DNA of 64,000 nt, taken from contig NC_092374.1 in the NCBI RefSeq assembly GCF_030028105.1, forward strand, positions 90,424,491 to 90,488,490, read 5' to 3'. The notes beneath the pieces are model-generated. The model had not been told where the DNA came from. It did no database searches and was given only the letters and a program-made list of their open reading frames with translations. The first letter of the stretch is position 1, and every line of letters starts with the position of its first letter. Of the stretch, positions 51,075 through 63,316 are shown one piece after another. Both the position numbers and the translations under genes were made by a program. The stretch comes from Mobula birostris (lineage: Eukaryota).

Positions 51075-52170
51075 AAATCTATAGGACAGTAACTGCATAC
51101 AGGATCAACGAACAACAAACTCTGCAAACGCAAATAAAAATAAATATCAGTAAGTAACGAGAGAAAATAAAACAAGATTAAACAGTGCTTAATGTGAGAC
51201 CATCTGTTGTGGGAACACCAGAAATAGAATGAGTGTCATTATCCCCTTTTGTTCAAGAGCCTAATGGTTGAGGGGTAGTAACTGTTCTTGAACCCGGTGG
51301 TGCAAGTGCTGAGGCTCTTGTATCTTCTGCCTGGTGGCAGCAGCAAGAAAAGAGCTTGGCCTGGGTGGCAAGAATCTTTGATGATGGATGCTGTTTTTCT
51401 ACAGCAATGTTTCACGTAGATGTGCTCAGTGGTTGGGTGGACTTTACCCGTGATGTACTGGAGGATTTTCTGCTCAAAAAACATTGGTATTTCCATACCA
51501 GGGCTTATTTCAGCCACTCAGTACACGTCAACCACACATCTATAGAAGTTTATCAAGGTTTCTGATGACATGCCACATACTCCTGAGGAAATGATGGGTC
51601 CAGGACAGGTCCTCTGAGATAGTGACACCCAGCAATTTAAAGTTACTGACCCTCTCCACCTCTGACCTTCTGATGATTACTGGCTCATGGACCTCTGGTT
51701 TCCCTCTCCTGAAGTTTACAAGTAGTTCCTGCAGTTCCTTTGGCTTGTTAACATTGAGTGAGAGGTTGTTGTTATTAATCCGCTCAGCCAAATTATGAAT
51801 CTCCCTCCTGTATGCTGATTCATCACCCCACCCCCTTTGATACGGCCCACAACAGTGGTGTCATCAGCAAATTTGAATATGGCATGGAGCTGCACTTAGC
51901 CACACAACCATAGGTGTAAGCCCAGGGGCTAAGCACACATCCCTGTGGTGCTCCTGTGCTGATGGAGATTGCAGATGAGATGTTTTTGTCAATCCGAACT
52001 GACTGGTTTCTGCAAGTGCAGAAATCTGGGATCCAGTTGCACAAGGGTGTATTGCAGACCAGGTCTTGTAGTTTATTGATTAGTTTAGAGGAGAAGATGG
52101 TGTTAAATATTGAGCTGTAATTGACAAAGAGCATCCTGATGTGCGTATCTTTGCTGTCCAGGTGTTCCAG
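51075..52170 (-). mobile_element. Rex1-like LINE RT and 3' fragment
   Basis: [56 protein letters not shown]. Confidence 0.85.
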
Positions 52171-52174
52171 GATT

Positions 52175-53750
52175 AGACCATAAGATATAGGAGCAGAAGT
52201 AGGCCATTTGGCCCATCGCATCTGCTCCGCCATTCAATCATGGGCTGATCCAATTCTTCCAGTCATCCCCACTCCCCTGCTTTCACCCCATACCCTTTGA
52301 TGCCCTGGCTAATCAAGAACCTATCTATCTCTGCCTTAAATGCACCCAATGACTTGGCCTCCACAGCCGCTCGTGGCAACAAATTCCACAGGTTTATCAC
52401 CCTCTGACTAAAGTAATTTCTCTGCATCTTAGTTCTAAAAGGATGTCCTTCAATCCTGAAACTGTCCCTCTTGTCCTAGAATCCCCTACCATGGGAAATA
52501 ACTTTGCCATATCTAATCTGCTCAGGCCTTTAACAGTTGGAATGTTTCTATGAGATCCCCCCTCATTCTCCTAAACTCCAGGGAATACAGCCCAAGAGCT
52601 GCCAAACATTCCTCATACAGTAACCCTTTCATTCCTGGAAACAGTCTCATGAATTTTCTCTGAACCCTCTCCAATGTCAGTATATCCTTTCTAAAATAAG
52701 GAGCCCAAAACTGCACTTATAGAGCCTCAGCATCACATCCCTGCTCATATATTCTATACCTCTAGAAATGAGTGCTAACATTGCATTCACCTTCTTCACA
52801 ACAGACTCAACCTGGAGGTTAACCTTTAGGGTATCTTGCACAAGGACTTCCAAGTCCCTTTGCATCTCTGTATTTTGAATTCTCTCCCCATCTAAACAAT
52901 AGTCTGCCCATTTATTTCTTCCACCAAAGTGCATGGCCATACACTTTACAACATTGTATTTCATTTGCCACTTCTTTGCCCATTTCCCTGAACTATCTAA
53001 GTCTTTCTGCAGGCTCTCTGTTTCCTCAACACTACCCGCTCCTCCACCTATCTTTGTATCATCGGCAATTTAGCCACAAATCCATTAGTACCATAGTCCA
53101 AATCATTGACATACATCGTAAAAAGCAACGGTCCCAACACCGACCCCTGTGGAATCCACTGGTAACCGGCAACCAGCCAGAGTAGGATCCCTTTCTTCCC
53201 ACTCTCTGTTTTCTGCTGACCAGCCAATGCTCCACCCACGCTAGTAACTTCCCTGTAATTCCATGGGCTCTTATCTTGCTAAGCAGCCTCATGTGCGGCA
53301 CCTTGTCAGAGGCCTTCTGAAAATCCAAGTACGCCACATCTACTGCATCTCCTATGTCTACCCTGCTTGTAATTTCCTCAAAAAATTGCAGTAAGTTTAT
53401 CAAGCAGGATTTTCTTTTCAGGAAGCCATGCTGACTTTGGTCCATCTTGTCATGTGCCTCCAGTTACTCCGTAATCTCATACCTAACAATCAATTCCAAC
53501 AACTTCCCAACTACTGATGTCAGGCTAACAGGTCTATAGTTTCCTTTCTGCTGCCTCCTACCCTTCTTAAATAGTGGAGTAACATTTGCAATTTTCCAGT
53601 CATCCAGTACAATGCCAGAATCTGTCGATTCTTGAAGGATCATCATTAATGCCTCCACAGTCTCTCTAGCTAGTTTCTTGAGAACCCGAGGGTGAATTCA
53701 TTCAGGTCCAGATTTATCCACCCTCAGACCATTAAGCTTCCTGAGCACCT
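52175..53750 (-). mobile_element. CR1 LINE fragment (RT to 3' end)
   Basis: NYRPVSLTSVVGKLLE, SQHGFLKRKSC, YLDFQKASDKVPH, PQGSVLGPLLF. Confidence 0.9.
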
Positions 53751-54402
53751 CAGACATCCCACCCTGCAAAAACTCATTTCAGGGAGGTAGCACCATCAAT
53801 TTGCGGGAGACTCCCGGAACTTCCGGGAGAGGTGGGATGTCTGCAATAGAGTAGCTCCTTAGCAGCTAGCCAGCTAGTTTAAATAACGTTATCTATGCTA
53901 ATGAACGAATGACACCTGTTAAACTCACCTCAACACGTCTTTTACAGTCTTAACCCACCATGAGCAATAGAAAAGTCACTGTTGCAAACAATGCAGTGAG
54001 CAACATTGTCATTATTTTTGACCCCTATTAGGCAGGGGTACACTTTAGTGTAGTCTGGGGTGACGTACGTTTTATATTTTCTTTTTTTTTTTGGAACACT
54101 CTGCCATGGCGTGCTCTCGCTCTCTCGTGGTCGCTCTCGCGCTCTCACTTGCTTTCTCTCTCGCGCTCTTGCTTGCTTTCTCTCGCATGGTCTCTCTCTC
54201 GTGGTTGCTCTCGCGCTCTCACTTGCTTTCTCTCGCTTGCTCTCTCTTTCGTGGTTGCTCTTGTGCTCTCTCTTGCTTTCTCTCACTCGCTCGCTCTCAA
54301 AAAAATTGATTTCCGTGATATTGTATATAACTTGCAGGCATCAGGGAGCCACTCTTCATATGCAGGAGACTCCCGGAACTTCCGGGAGAGGTGGGCTGTC
54401 TG
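53751..54402 (-). mobile_element. hAT-like non-autonomous element with zinc-finger remnant and 6-bp TSD
   Basis: TIR cagacatcccacc / ggtgggctgtctg; TSD gcacct; AHCIVCNSDFSIAHGG on minus; third TIR copy ending at 53843; CT-rich tandem repeat 54110-54298. Confidence 0.65.
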
Positions 54403-54639
54403 GCACCTTCTCAATCGTAATTGAGTGAAGAGACAATGAAGGCGACATGTGCTTTGGTCGGCAAATTGGTGGGGATCCAAGTCTTCACTGAGACGGAAGC
54501 TGATATGCTTCAACAGCAGCCTCAAGACACTTCACTGTGGATGTAAGTGCCATTGGATAATTGCCATTGAGGCAAGGTTAAGATGGCGGCTGAGTACAAT
54601 GCTCCAATGGTCAACGTCTTCTGATAGACCACAAAACAA

Positions 54640-55330
54640 TTTATTTCACCTTCATGTCTCTTATGCCTGTTTTTCATCTTGAATGTGGTTCTGGAACTGT
54701 TGGAGCTTGTGATTTGCAGTCTGACGATTGTTTGGGACATCCAGCACTCTGCAGTCTCCAAGAGGATTCCGGGACGCAGAGGCAGCAAATGCAAGCCTCG
54801 TGGCGAGGAGGCTGTGAGCCGATATTTGACTCCATTTTGCTGATTAAAGCTTCCATGGTTCGCTGATTAAAATGATGAGGGAGATTGAAATATCAAGACT
54901 TAATTTCGCTGAGTAAAGCTTCCATTGTTCGCTGATTAAAGCGGCAAGGGAGATTGAAACATTGAGGCAAATGCAGGTGGTGAGCGCTGTCTGCCTGCTT
55001 TTTGATCGCTAATGGGATTGTTCTGATACTGCAGAGAGGAAACTGTGTGGCCTGCTACTGTGCCCAAAGTTTTCTGCGTTTTGGATATGGATTATGGACT
55101 TGTACTATGGCCAATGGACTTCTTTTTCTCAGTCTTATAGTTATTTAAATTTTCTGTTTTTCACCCGATCTTTCTCATCTTATTTTCCTGCGGAAAGGGG
55201 AATTTGGTGGTTGATGTTTATGTTTCTTTTTTTTTGTGCGGAGGAGGAGGGATTTGGGGGTTGATGATCTTTCTTGGTTTGGTGGCTATCTGGAGAAGAA
55301 GAATTTCAGAGTTGTTTCCTTTGATAGTAA
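54640..55330 (+). mobile_element. LINE-type 3'UTR remnant with internal ~65-bp tandem duplication
   Basis: gctgattaaagcttcca..gttcgctgattaaa twice; ends (tgaacctt)2. Confidence 0.45.
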
Positions 55331-56477
55331 ATGAACCTTTGAACCTTTAGCACAGATCATCAGTACTCCATCCCGACTGAATGCTTTCCTTGGATTCACT
55401 CTCCGTCATTTTCAGAATCTGAGACCAAAGGATCATCAGGGGACATGGGGATGAGCAATGGTTCCTCCCTGTTCTAGTGGCCAAAGTGAGCATAGAAGGC
55501 ATTAAGCTCATCTGTAAGTGAAGCTCTGCTCTTCCCTATGTCACCAGATTTAACTTTGTAGGAGTTTTTGGCATTCAAACCCTGCCACTCTTGCCGTGCA
55601 TCCCTCTTTAATTCCAGTCTACTCCGGAATCTCCACTTTGCCCGTGAGGTGGCTTTCCGGAGATCATACCTGCACCTCTTGTAGGATTTTTGATTTCCTT
55701 AGAACTCCTCCCACACTAAGGAGGAAAGTTTATGAGTATGAGATTAAACAAAACAGAAATGTAAGAATGGATAACTAGGTTGAGTCATAGAATCCTACAG
55801 CATGCAAGTAGGCCTTCAGCCCAATTCATGCATGCCAACTATGTTGGCCAGTGAGCTAGTCCCATCTGCCCACATTTGGCCCCTAGCCTGCTGAAACTCC
55901 TATTTGTGTACTTAACCAGATGGCTTTTAAATGTCGTTAATGTGCCATGACTTCTGGTGGCTCTTTCCGAATATGCACCACCCTCTGCGTGAAGAAGCAG
56001 CCCCTGATGTCCCTTCTAAATCTCCTGCTTCTGATCTTAAACCTGCTCCCTTTTAACAAAGTGACCTTTGGTCATTTTAAAAATGTGCCCCAGGAATCAG
56101 CAATAGGAAGCAAAATGGAGGCAGCTGGGGAAATTTGCAATCACCAAGAAAGTGGTGCTGAGCAAACTGTTAGAGCTACGTGCTGACTAGTCCAAGGATC
56201 CTGGTGAACTTCATCCTAGGGGGCTTGAAAGAAGTGGCTTAACACAATAGCTGAGGTACTAGTTCTGATTTTCCAGCATTCCCTAACTAATGAGAAGACT
56301 CCATTAAGATTTGAAAAATCAGAATCAGGTTTATTATCACCGACATGTGTGACATGTGTGTGAAATTTGTTAACTTAGCTGCAGCAGCAGTTCAATGCAA
56401 TACATAATATAAAAAGATTTAAAAATTATACAGTAAATACGTGTGTGTGTGTATATATATATATATATAATATCAAA

Positions 56478-56778
56478 GGCATCCGTTAGTCTTGTGAGAC
56501 CATGGATCTGCACCTGGAAAGTCTTCACTCTCCAGGGCGCAGGCCTGGGCAAGGTTGTATGGAAGACCAGCAGTTGCCCATGCTGCAAGTCTCCCCTCTC
56601 CACACCAATGTTGCCCAAGGGAAGGGCATTAGGACCCATACAGCTTGGCACCAGTGTCGTCACAGAGCACCGTGTGATTAAGTGCCTTGCTCAAGGACAC
56701 AACACGTTGCCTCGGCTGGGGCTCGAACTCACAACCTTCAGGTCGCTAGTCCAATGCCTCAACCACTTGGCCACGTGC
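56478..56778 (-). mobile_element. tRNA-headed SINE family B
   Basis: Highly similar to 41376-41683; (AT)n/(GT)n tail at ~56444-56470. Confidence 0.88.
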
Positions 56779-57459
56779 TTATATATTGAATAGATTAAAA
56801 ATAGTGCAAAAGTGGAAATAATATATGTTTTTAAAAAGTGAAGTAATGCTCATAGGTTCAATATCTATTTAGGAATTAGATGGCAGAGGGGAAGAAACTG
56901 TTCCTGAATCGCTGACTGTATGCTTTCAGGCTTCTGTACCTCCTTCCTGATGGTAACAACAAGAAGCAAATAGCAAAAGTAACCATTACTCAAAGAGAAG
57001 GGAAACCAAATTCTAATTAGTTTAACATCACGGAAAATATTAGAAACTCTTATTAAACTGTCATAGCACGGTACTTTGAAAAATTGAAGGTAACCACACG
57101 GAGTAAACATGGTTCCTTGAAACGGGATTCACATTAGAACACTTGACTGTTCTCTGAATAAATAAATAATACGCTGTGGATCAAGGGGGAACTGCCAGAT
57201 GAGGGTGGATGTACTATTCTTAGATTTCCAGAAGGCATTTAGTTAGGGGCTGTCTCAAAGATTACTGCAGAAAATAAAAGCTTGTGTAGGAGGGAGCATA
57301 TTAGAATGGTTAAAAGATGATCTTTATCTTTGCTTTTTCTGAATGTTTCCACAAATATTAATAAGAAAATTTGTTGAAGGTAAGTGTAGGTCCTGAATAA
57401 AATTGTTATTTTCCTTGTAGTTTTAACTTTGCTATGTATGTGCTTGAAATTTTGTAGAA

Positions 57460-57581
57460 TCAGCATCAGGTTTAATATCACCAGCGTATGTCATGAAATT
57501 TGTTTTTGTGACGGTGGTACAATGCAGTACCTGATAATGAAAACCGAATTACAGTAATTATATATGTATATAGTGTGAGCG

Positions 57582-57615
<34 letters not shown>

Positions 57616-58150
57616 GAGTTAATAAGTGGTGAGATAGTGTTTATGTATTAGATGTCCATTCAGAAATCAGATGGCAGAGGGGAAGAAGCTGTTCCTCAAA
57701 CATTGAGACTGTGCCTTCAGTCTCCTGAACCTCCTCCCTGATGGTAGTAATGAGAACAAGGCATGTCCTGGGTGATGGGGGGGTCCTTAATGATGGACGC
57801 CGCCTTTTTGAGGTGTCACTCCTTGAAGATGTCCTGGATGCTGGGGAGGCTAGTGCCCATGATGGAGCTGACTGAGTTTACAACTCTCTGTAGCTTATTT
57901 CGATCCTGTGCATTAGCAGCCCCCTCTCCCCACACGCAAGCACACACAACAGTGATGCAACCAGTTAGAATGCTCTCCATAGTACATCAGTAGATATTTG
58001 CGAGTGTCTTTGGTACCAAACCAAATCTCCTCGAACTCTTAAAGAAGCATAGCTACTGTCCTGACGCTTTTAGTAACTGCATCAACATGTTGGGCCTGGG
58101 ATAGATCCTCAGAGATGTTGACACCCAGAAACTTGGAATTGTTCACTCTT
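57460..58150 (-). mobile_element. Rex1-like 3' fragment containing (GC)6(AC)12 microsatellite
   Basis: atgatggacgccgcctttttgagg module; microsatellite at 57579-57614. Confidence 0.75.
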
Positions 58151-58874
58151 TCCACTTCTACCTATGCATGTAGTTGTTCAGTGAATTTGCCATTACTTAT
58201 GGTACAGTTGCTTCTGTATTTTTTTCTAGAAACCCTGTAGTTTTCAGTAGCATGTGTCTTGCCTCTTGAACCTGGCTATGTTATAGGTTAATTGTTAACA
58301 CTGGAATTTTTGGTTATCTTTAGTCTGAGTATGAAATGACTGTGACTACATTTTCCTTTCCTTTTGTTCTGTCAGCTGCTGCGTCCAGCCCATACCCCTC
58401 TGAGCCCCGCTCCTGCACCTACCTATCTAAGTGTTTGTTAACTGATACTGGTGTACCTGCCTCAGCCATTCATTCCATGTACTGCCCACCCCCAGTGAAA
58501 AGTTACCCCTCGAGTCCCTTTTGAATCTTTTCCCCTCTCAAGCTAAATCTGTGTCCACTTACCCAGGAGAAAAGACTTTTACCACCCTCCTTATCTAATT
58601 TTAAACACTTCTATAAGTTTTCTCCTTATTCTCCCACGTTCCAAAGAATAAAGACCTAGCCTTCCAACCTCTCCCTATATCGATTTCTTTTCAAAGTATT
58701 TTATGGACTTTCTTCTCAAAGCATAATTCTGTCTCTTGTATTTTGAGCAAGAGGAAAATATTACTGAAAGATTAGGATGTTTCAATAAAGAATAACAGGT
58801 CACATTGAAGGCAGTATTGGACATACCTAAAGTGCAGTGGTAAACCAGGTGAAACTCCTTGCAGGGTGAATATA

Positions 58875-58941
58875 CGGTACTGTACAAAAGTCTTAGGCCC
58901 ATATATATTGCTAGGGTGCCCAAGACTTTTGCACAGTACTG
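58875..58941. mobile_element. 67-bp Tc1-type MITE
   Basis: TA-flanked 23-bp TIRs cggtactgtacaaaagtcttagg / cccaagacttttgcacagtactg. Confidence 0.7.
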
Positions 58942-61000
58942 TATTTGTCGACATGGAGTGGAGGGTGAGATTCTAAATCTGGCGGGAGCAAAGGGTGTTG
59001 GGAATGCGAGGGTGGAATGCCGCGGGAGGGCTTTGGGACAGAGGAGTGCCAGGGGGCGGCACGTGTACAGACAGGCCCAACCTTGAGACACCAGGCAAGG
59101 TCATTTGAATCCAAACAGTTGGTTTATTGATTGTTACAGAGTGTCTCTCTGGTGCTTTCCGCTCCTTCGCCTCTTCCCAACCGTGATTCCCCTCTCCCTG
59201 CCGGGGGTGGTAATGGGGCCAAGATCCCACTGCCTATTAAATGTTCTTAATGGTGTGCACCTCAAATAGACTCCAGCAATCAAGTCCAGTTCCTGGCCTT
59301 CACGTGTGACCTGGCTACTAAGCCCAGCGGACCAGTTTCTGACAGGAGAAGGGGCAAAGGCAGGTTACCGACACCTTAAAACCTGTCGCTTTGAGCAGAT
59401 GGGGCTCATCAGCCATGGTTGGCAGCTGTTCTAGGAGAAGAAAAACTCTGATCTCAAATCTCCGCTGCCCTGCCCATGGGGAAGGCTTTGGGAGTAAAAC
59501 CCCAAGGGGAAAAGTCTGGAGCTGGGGTCCCTAATACAGTTCAACATTGAGTTCAATGCTGACTGGCAACTCCCGCAACGCCGCTGGTACCAAACTCTGC
59601 CGTTCCTTTGGGTTCATCAAATGTGTGAAGAAGGTGAGTTTGCTACGTGGGCAACAGCTTGCTCTCCATATCATACTGCCTAGGCTTGCATATCTAAACA
59701 GCTAGGACACAATATCCATGGCCAACTCTGACTGACCAAGGCCTCAAGAGTAGGTGGGAGAAGCTGAAGGGTATATGAGAGACAGTGAGTTTGTTACAGA
59801 GGAGTAAGTCGGGAAATGGCATTGTTTTGAGAGCTGGTATAGACCCTAGCTGTAATAATGTGCCTAAGACTTTTGCACAGTACTCTATGTTCACCAGCGT
59901 GCAGTAAACAAGTTGCATGATTTCATATCTAAGGACAGATTCATTAGAAGCCTTCAAAAGTCCATTGAATGGATATTTAGAGAGAGTAACAAAACAGTGA
60001 GATGGGGGCAAATGGAAGATTATTTGAAGGAGTCAGTGTATCTGCTGGCCTTCCTCAACCTCCGTACGATTAGTGGGGTAAAAGTGTACCTCCATGATGA
60101 ACATGTTTACTCGCAATCTCTGTGTTGGAGGGTGAGTACAGCATGAACTTTCATCCCTCAAAATTGCAATGGAAATTGATAGGATTGTTGCAAAGGTGGA
60201 GGGTGTTTCTTCGGGGGATTGAGTTCAAGAGCTATGAGATAATATTGCAGACCTATAAAGCCCTGGTTAGACAACATCTTGGAGTATCGTGTGCAGTTAT
60301 GGTTGCCTCATTATAGGAGGGATGTGGAGGCTTTAGAGAGGATGCAGAAGTGATTTACCTTGATGTTGCCTGCAGTACAGAGCAAGTCTTATGAGGATAG
60401 ATTGAATGAGCTTGGACTGAAGATGCATGGATAGAATGGACACCCGCATGACACAAGTGGCTAATACGAGATGGCATAATTTCAAGGTGATCAGCGGGAG
60501 GTACTGTATGTCAGAGGTGTTTTGTTTTAACACTGTGTGTGTGTAGATTGCTCTGCCAGGAATAGTGATACAGGCAGATACATTAGGCGCATATAAAAGA
60601 CCCATAGGCGCATGAATGTTTGGAAAATTGGAGGATTATGTGGGAGGATTATTTGCCGGCCGGTGGCAAAGTGCCATCTGCACTGGACTTTGAGGCGAGT
60701 GGTCCTGTGTTCGAATCTGGCCAGCTCCTTACACGCTTTCCAACCATGTTGGGTTGAGTGTCAAGCTAGCAACTTGGTCTGGTAAAAAGAAGCAGACAAA
60801 AAATGCTCCAGAACCAGCAAGGTCCCACCCAATGAGCCACAAAGCGTGGAAAGGAGCAACAACAACAAGAGACCTTGGGGCAGATGGATGAAAGGAAAAT
60901 GGAGGGTTACCTGGGAGGGAAGGAACTAAAGGTAGGTTGAAAGGTGGGCACAACATCGTGGGCATGTTGCTGTATAGTTATGTGTTCCTTTCATCCTTAG

Positions 61001-61327
61001 GTGAAAGAGATGTCTGGGCAAGCTCCACAGAGGTCACAGTAAGGGCAGGGGAAGATCTAATCCTCCACTTTTCCCACAATCTGAAATGTTTTACATCTAA
61101 TCTACACCTAACCTGGATGCAAGGCAGAAACTTGATTACTACCATGAGCATTGGCCAGGAGCCACCTGTAAAAGAGATCCCTGGTGTTTTGGCCAGCTAT
61201 GCAAGTGGAAATGCTACTCTGCTGCTAAAAAACATCTCAACTTCCCAAGCAGGAAACTACGCAAGTTGCTTCAAAGATTCCGCCTCCAAACAAGAATGCT
61301 GTGCAGTCTCAAATGTCATCGTTGCAG
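61001..61327 (+). CDS. IgSF gene, second V-like Ig exon with non-canonical cysteines
   Basis: ccttag| and CAG|gtaact, phase 1-1; VTVRAGEDLIL, LTWMQ, GNATLLLKNISTSQAGNY; H at the B-strand Cys position. Confidence 0.82.
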
Positions 61328-61378
61328 GTAACTTGGAATAGTCTTTTCTTCAGAATCGGGTTTATGATCACTGGCATT

Positions 61379-61927
61379 CACTCAGTGGCCACTCTATTAG
61401 GTGCCTCTTGTTGCCACCTTATTAAATTTGTGGTCTTCTGCTCCTGGAGCCCATCCACTTCAAGGTTCAACGTGTTGTGCATTCAGAGATGCTCTTCTGC
61501 ACACCACTGTTGTAACATTTGGCTATTTGAGTTACTGTCACCTTCCTGTCAGCTTGAATCAGTCCGACCATTCTCCTCTGACCTCTCTCATTAACAAGGC
61601 GTGTTCACCCCACAGAACTGCCGCTCACTGGTTGTTCTTCTGTGTGTTTTTCATACTATCCTCTGTAAAGTCTAGGAACTGCTATGTGTGAAAATCCCAG
61701 GAGGTCAGCAGTTTCTGAGACACTCAAACCCCGCTGTCTGAAACCAACAGTCATTCCACAGCCAAAGTCACTTAGATCACATTTCTTTCCCATTCTGATG
61801 ATTGGTCTGAACAACTGAACCTCTTGACCATGTTTGTATGCTTTTGTGCATAGAGTTGCTCCCACATGATTGGCCAATTAGACATTTGCATTAACGAGCA
61901 AATACCTAATAAAATGGCCACAGAATG
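61379..61927 (-). mobile_element. Non-autonomous Tc1-like element (second copy)
   Basis: TIR cactcagtggccactctattagg; MGKKCDLSDFGCGMTVG..LSVSETADLLGFS. Confidence 0.8.
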
Positions 61928-62469
61928 AATGTCAGAAAGTATGTTGTTTTGCAGCAGCAGTGTAGTGTAAGACAAAAAAAATACTGTGAGTTCCAATAAA
62001 AAAAATTATAAATAAATAGATAAGTAGATAAATAACTAGTGCAGAAAGAGGAATAGTCAGGTGGTGTTAAGGGTTCATCGACCATTCAGAAATCTGATGA
62101 CAGGGAAGATGTCTCTTCTCAACAGAGATGAGGAGGAATTTCTTTAGCCGGAAGCTGGTGAATCTGGAATTCATTGCCATGGACAGCAGTGGAGATCAAG
62201 TCATTGGGTGTATTTAAAGAGGAGGTTGGTAGTTTCTTGATTAATTAGGGTGTCAAAGATTAGGGGGATGAAGGCAGAAGAAGTTTAGAGGGATAATAAA
62301 TCAGCCATGATCGAGTGTTGGAGCAGACCCAATGGGCTGAATGGCCTAATTCTGTTTCCATGTGTAATAGAAGAAGCTGTTTCTAAAATGTTGCGTGTGA
62401 GTCTTCTGGCTCTTATACCTCTTCCCCCCCACCCCACCCCGATGGTAGTATTGGCAATAGTGATCATTC

Positions 62470-62935
62470 TCCATAAGACACAGGAGCAGAATTAGGCCAT
62501 CTGGTCCATCGAGTCTGCTCTGGCATTCAGTCAAGGCTGATCCTTTTTCTCCCCCTCCTCCTCAACCCCATTTCCGAGCCTTCTCCCCATAACCTTTGAT
62601 GCCATGTCCAATCAAGAACCTATCAATCTCCACCTTAAGTAAACCCAACAACCTGGCGTCCACATCTGCATGTGGCAACAAATTCCACAGATTTGCCACC
62701 CTTTGGCTAAAGAAATTTCTCCGCATCTTTGTTTTGAAAGGGCGCCCCTCTATCCTGAGGCTGTGCCCTTTTGTGCAGGAGTCAGTAGAGGCTACCCCAT
62801 TAAATATATTTAAGACACAGTTAGATAGATTTTTGCCTAAATTAAGTTATGTGGAAGAGGAAGGTAGGTGGAGCTGAGTCCATGACCAGATCAGACATGA
62901 TCTAATTGAATAGTAGAGCAGGCTCAACAGGCCAG
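62470..62935. mobile_element. CR1 3' fragments in opposite orientations
   Basis: Minus piece ~62470-62772 joined to plus piece ~62773-62935. Confidence 0.6.
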
Positions 62936-63218
62936 CTGGCCAACTCTTGCTCCTATTTTTTTCTGTTCTTACAAGGACTGGTTTGACCGGTACATCAGCA
63001 CTGGGAAGATGGGTACATGTTTGGGGAGTGGGGGGGAATAGATAGCAGAGTGGGAGGGGTCAAAAGATTCCTGGTGTCTAATGGGGGGGCACTGGGGTGC
63101 TCTCCAGGAGATAAAGCCATGCTTCTGCGTCGATTCTCTGTAAATGGGTAGAGTGGAAATGGGGAACTCAGAATTTAAAGTGCCTGAGTTTTCATCCAGT
63201 CTTTCTTCTCTCCAACAG

Positions 63219-63316
63219 AGACCTGGAGCGGCACAGAACCAACTCTGATTCACAGTCACTACATACTAACCTCACTACTGGTGGTTCTGTTCGGCTGTGT
63301 GATGACTCTGTCATAA
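63219..63316 (+). CDS. IgSF gene, terminal exon (ETWSGTEPTLIHSHYILTSLLVVLFGCVMTLS*), GPI-signal-like
   Basis: Acceptor ctttcttctctccaacag|; phase 1; hydrophobic stretch runs to TAA at 63314-63316. Confidence 0.7.

Noticed and set aside
55350-55510. Extra exon between the two Ig exons
   Set aside because: Phase-1 reading hits a stop before the gtaagt donor and the product has no recognisable domain.
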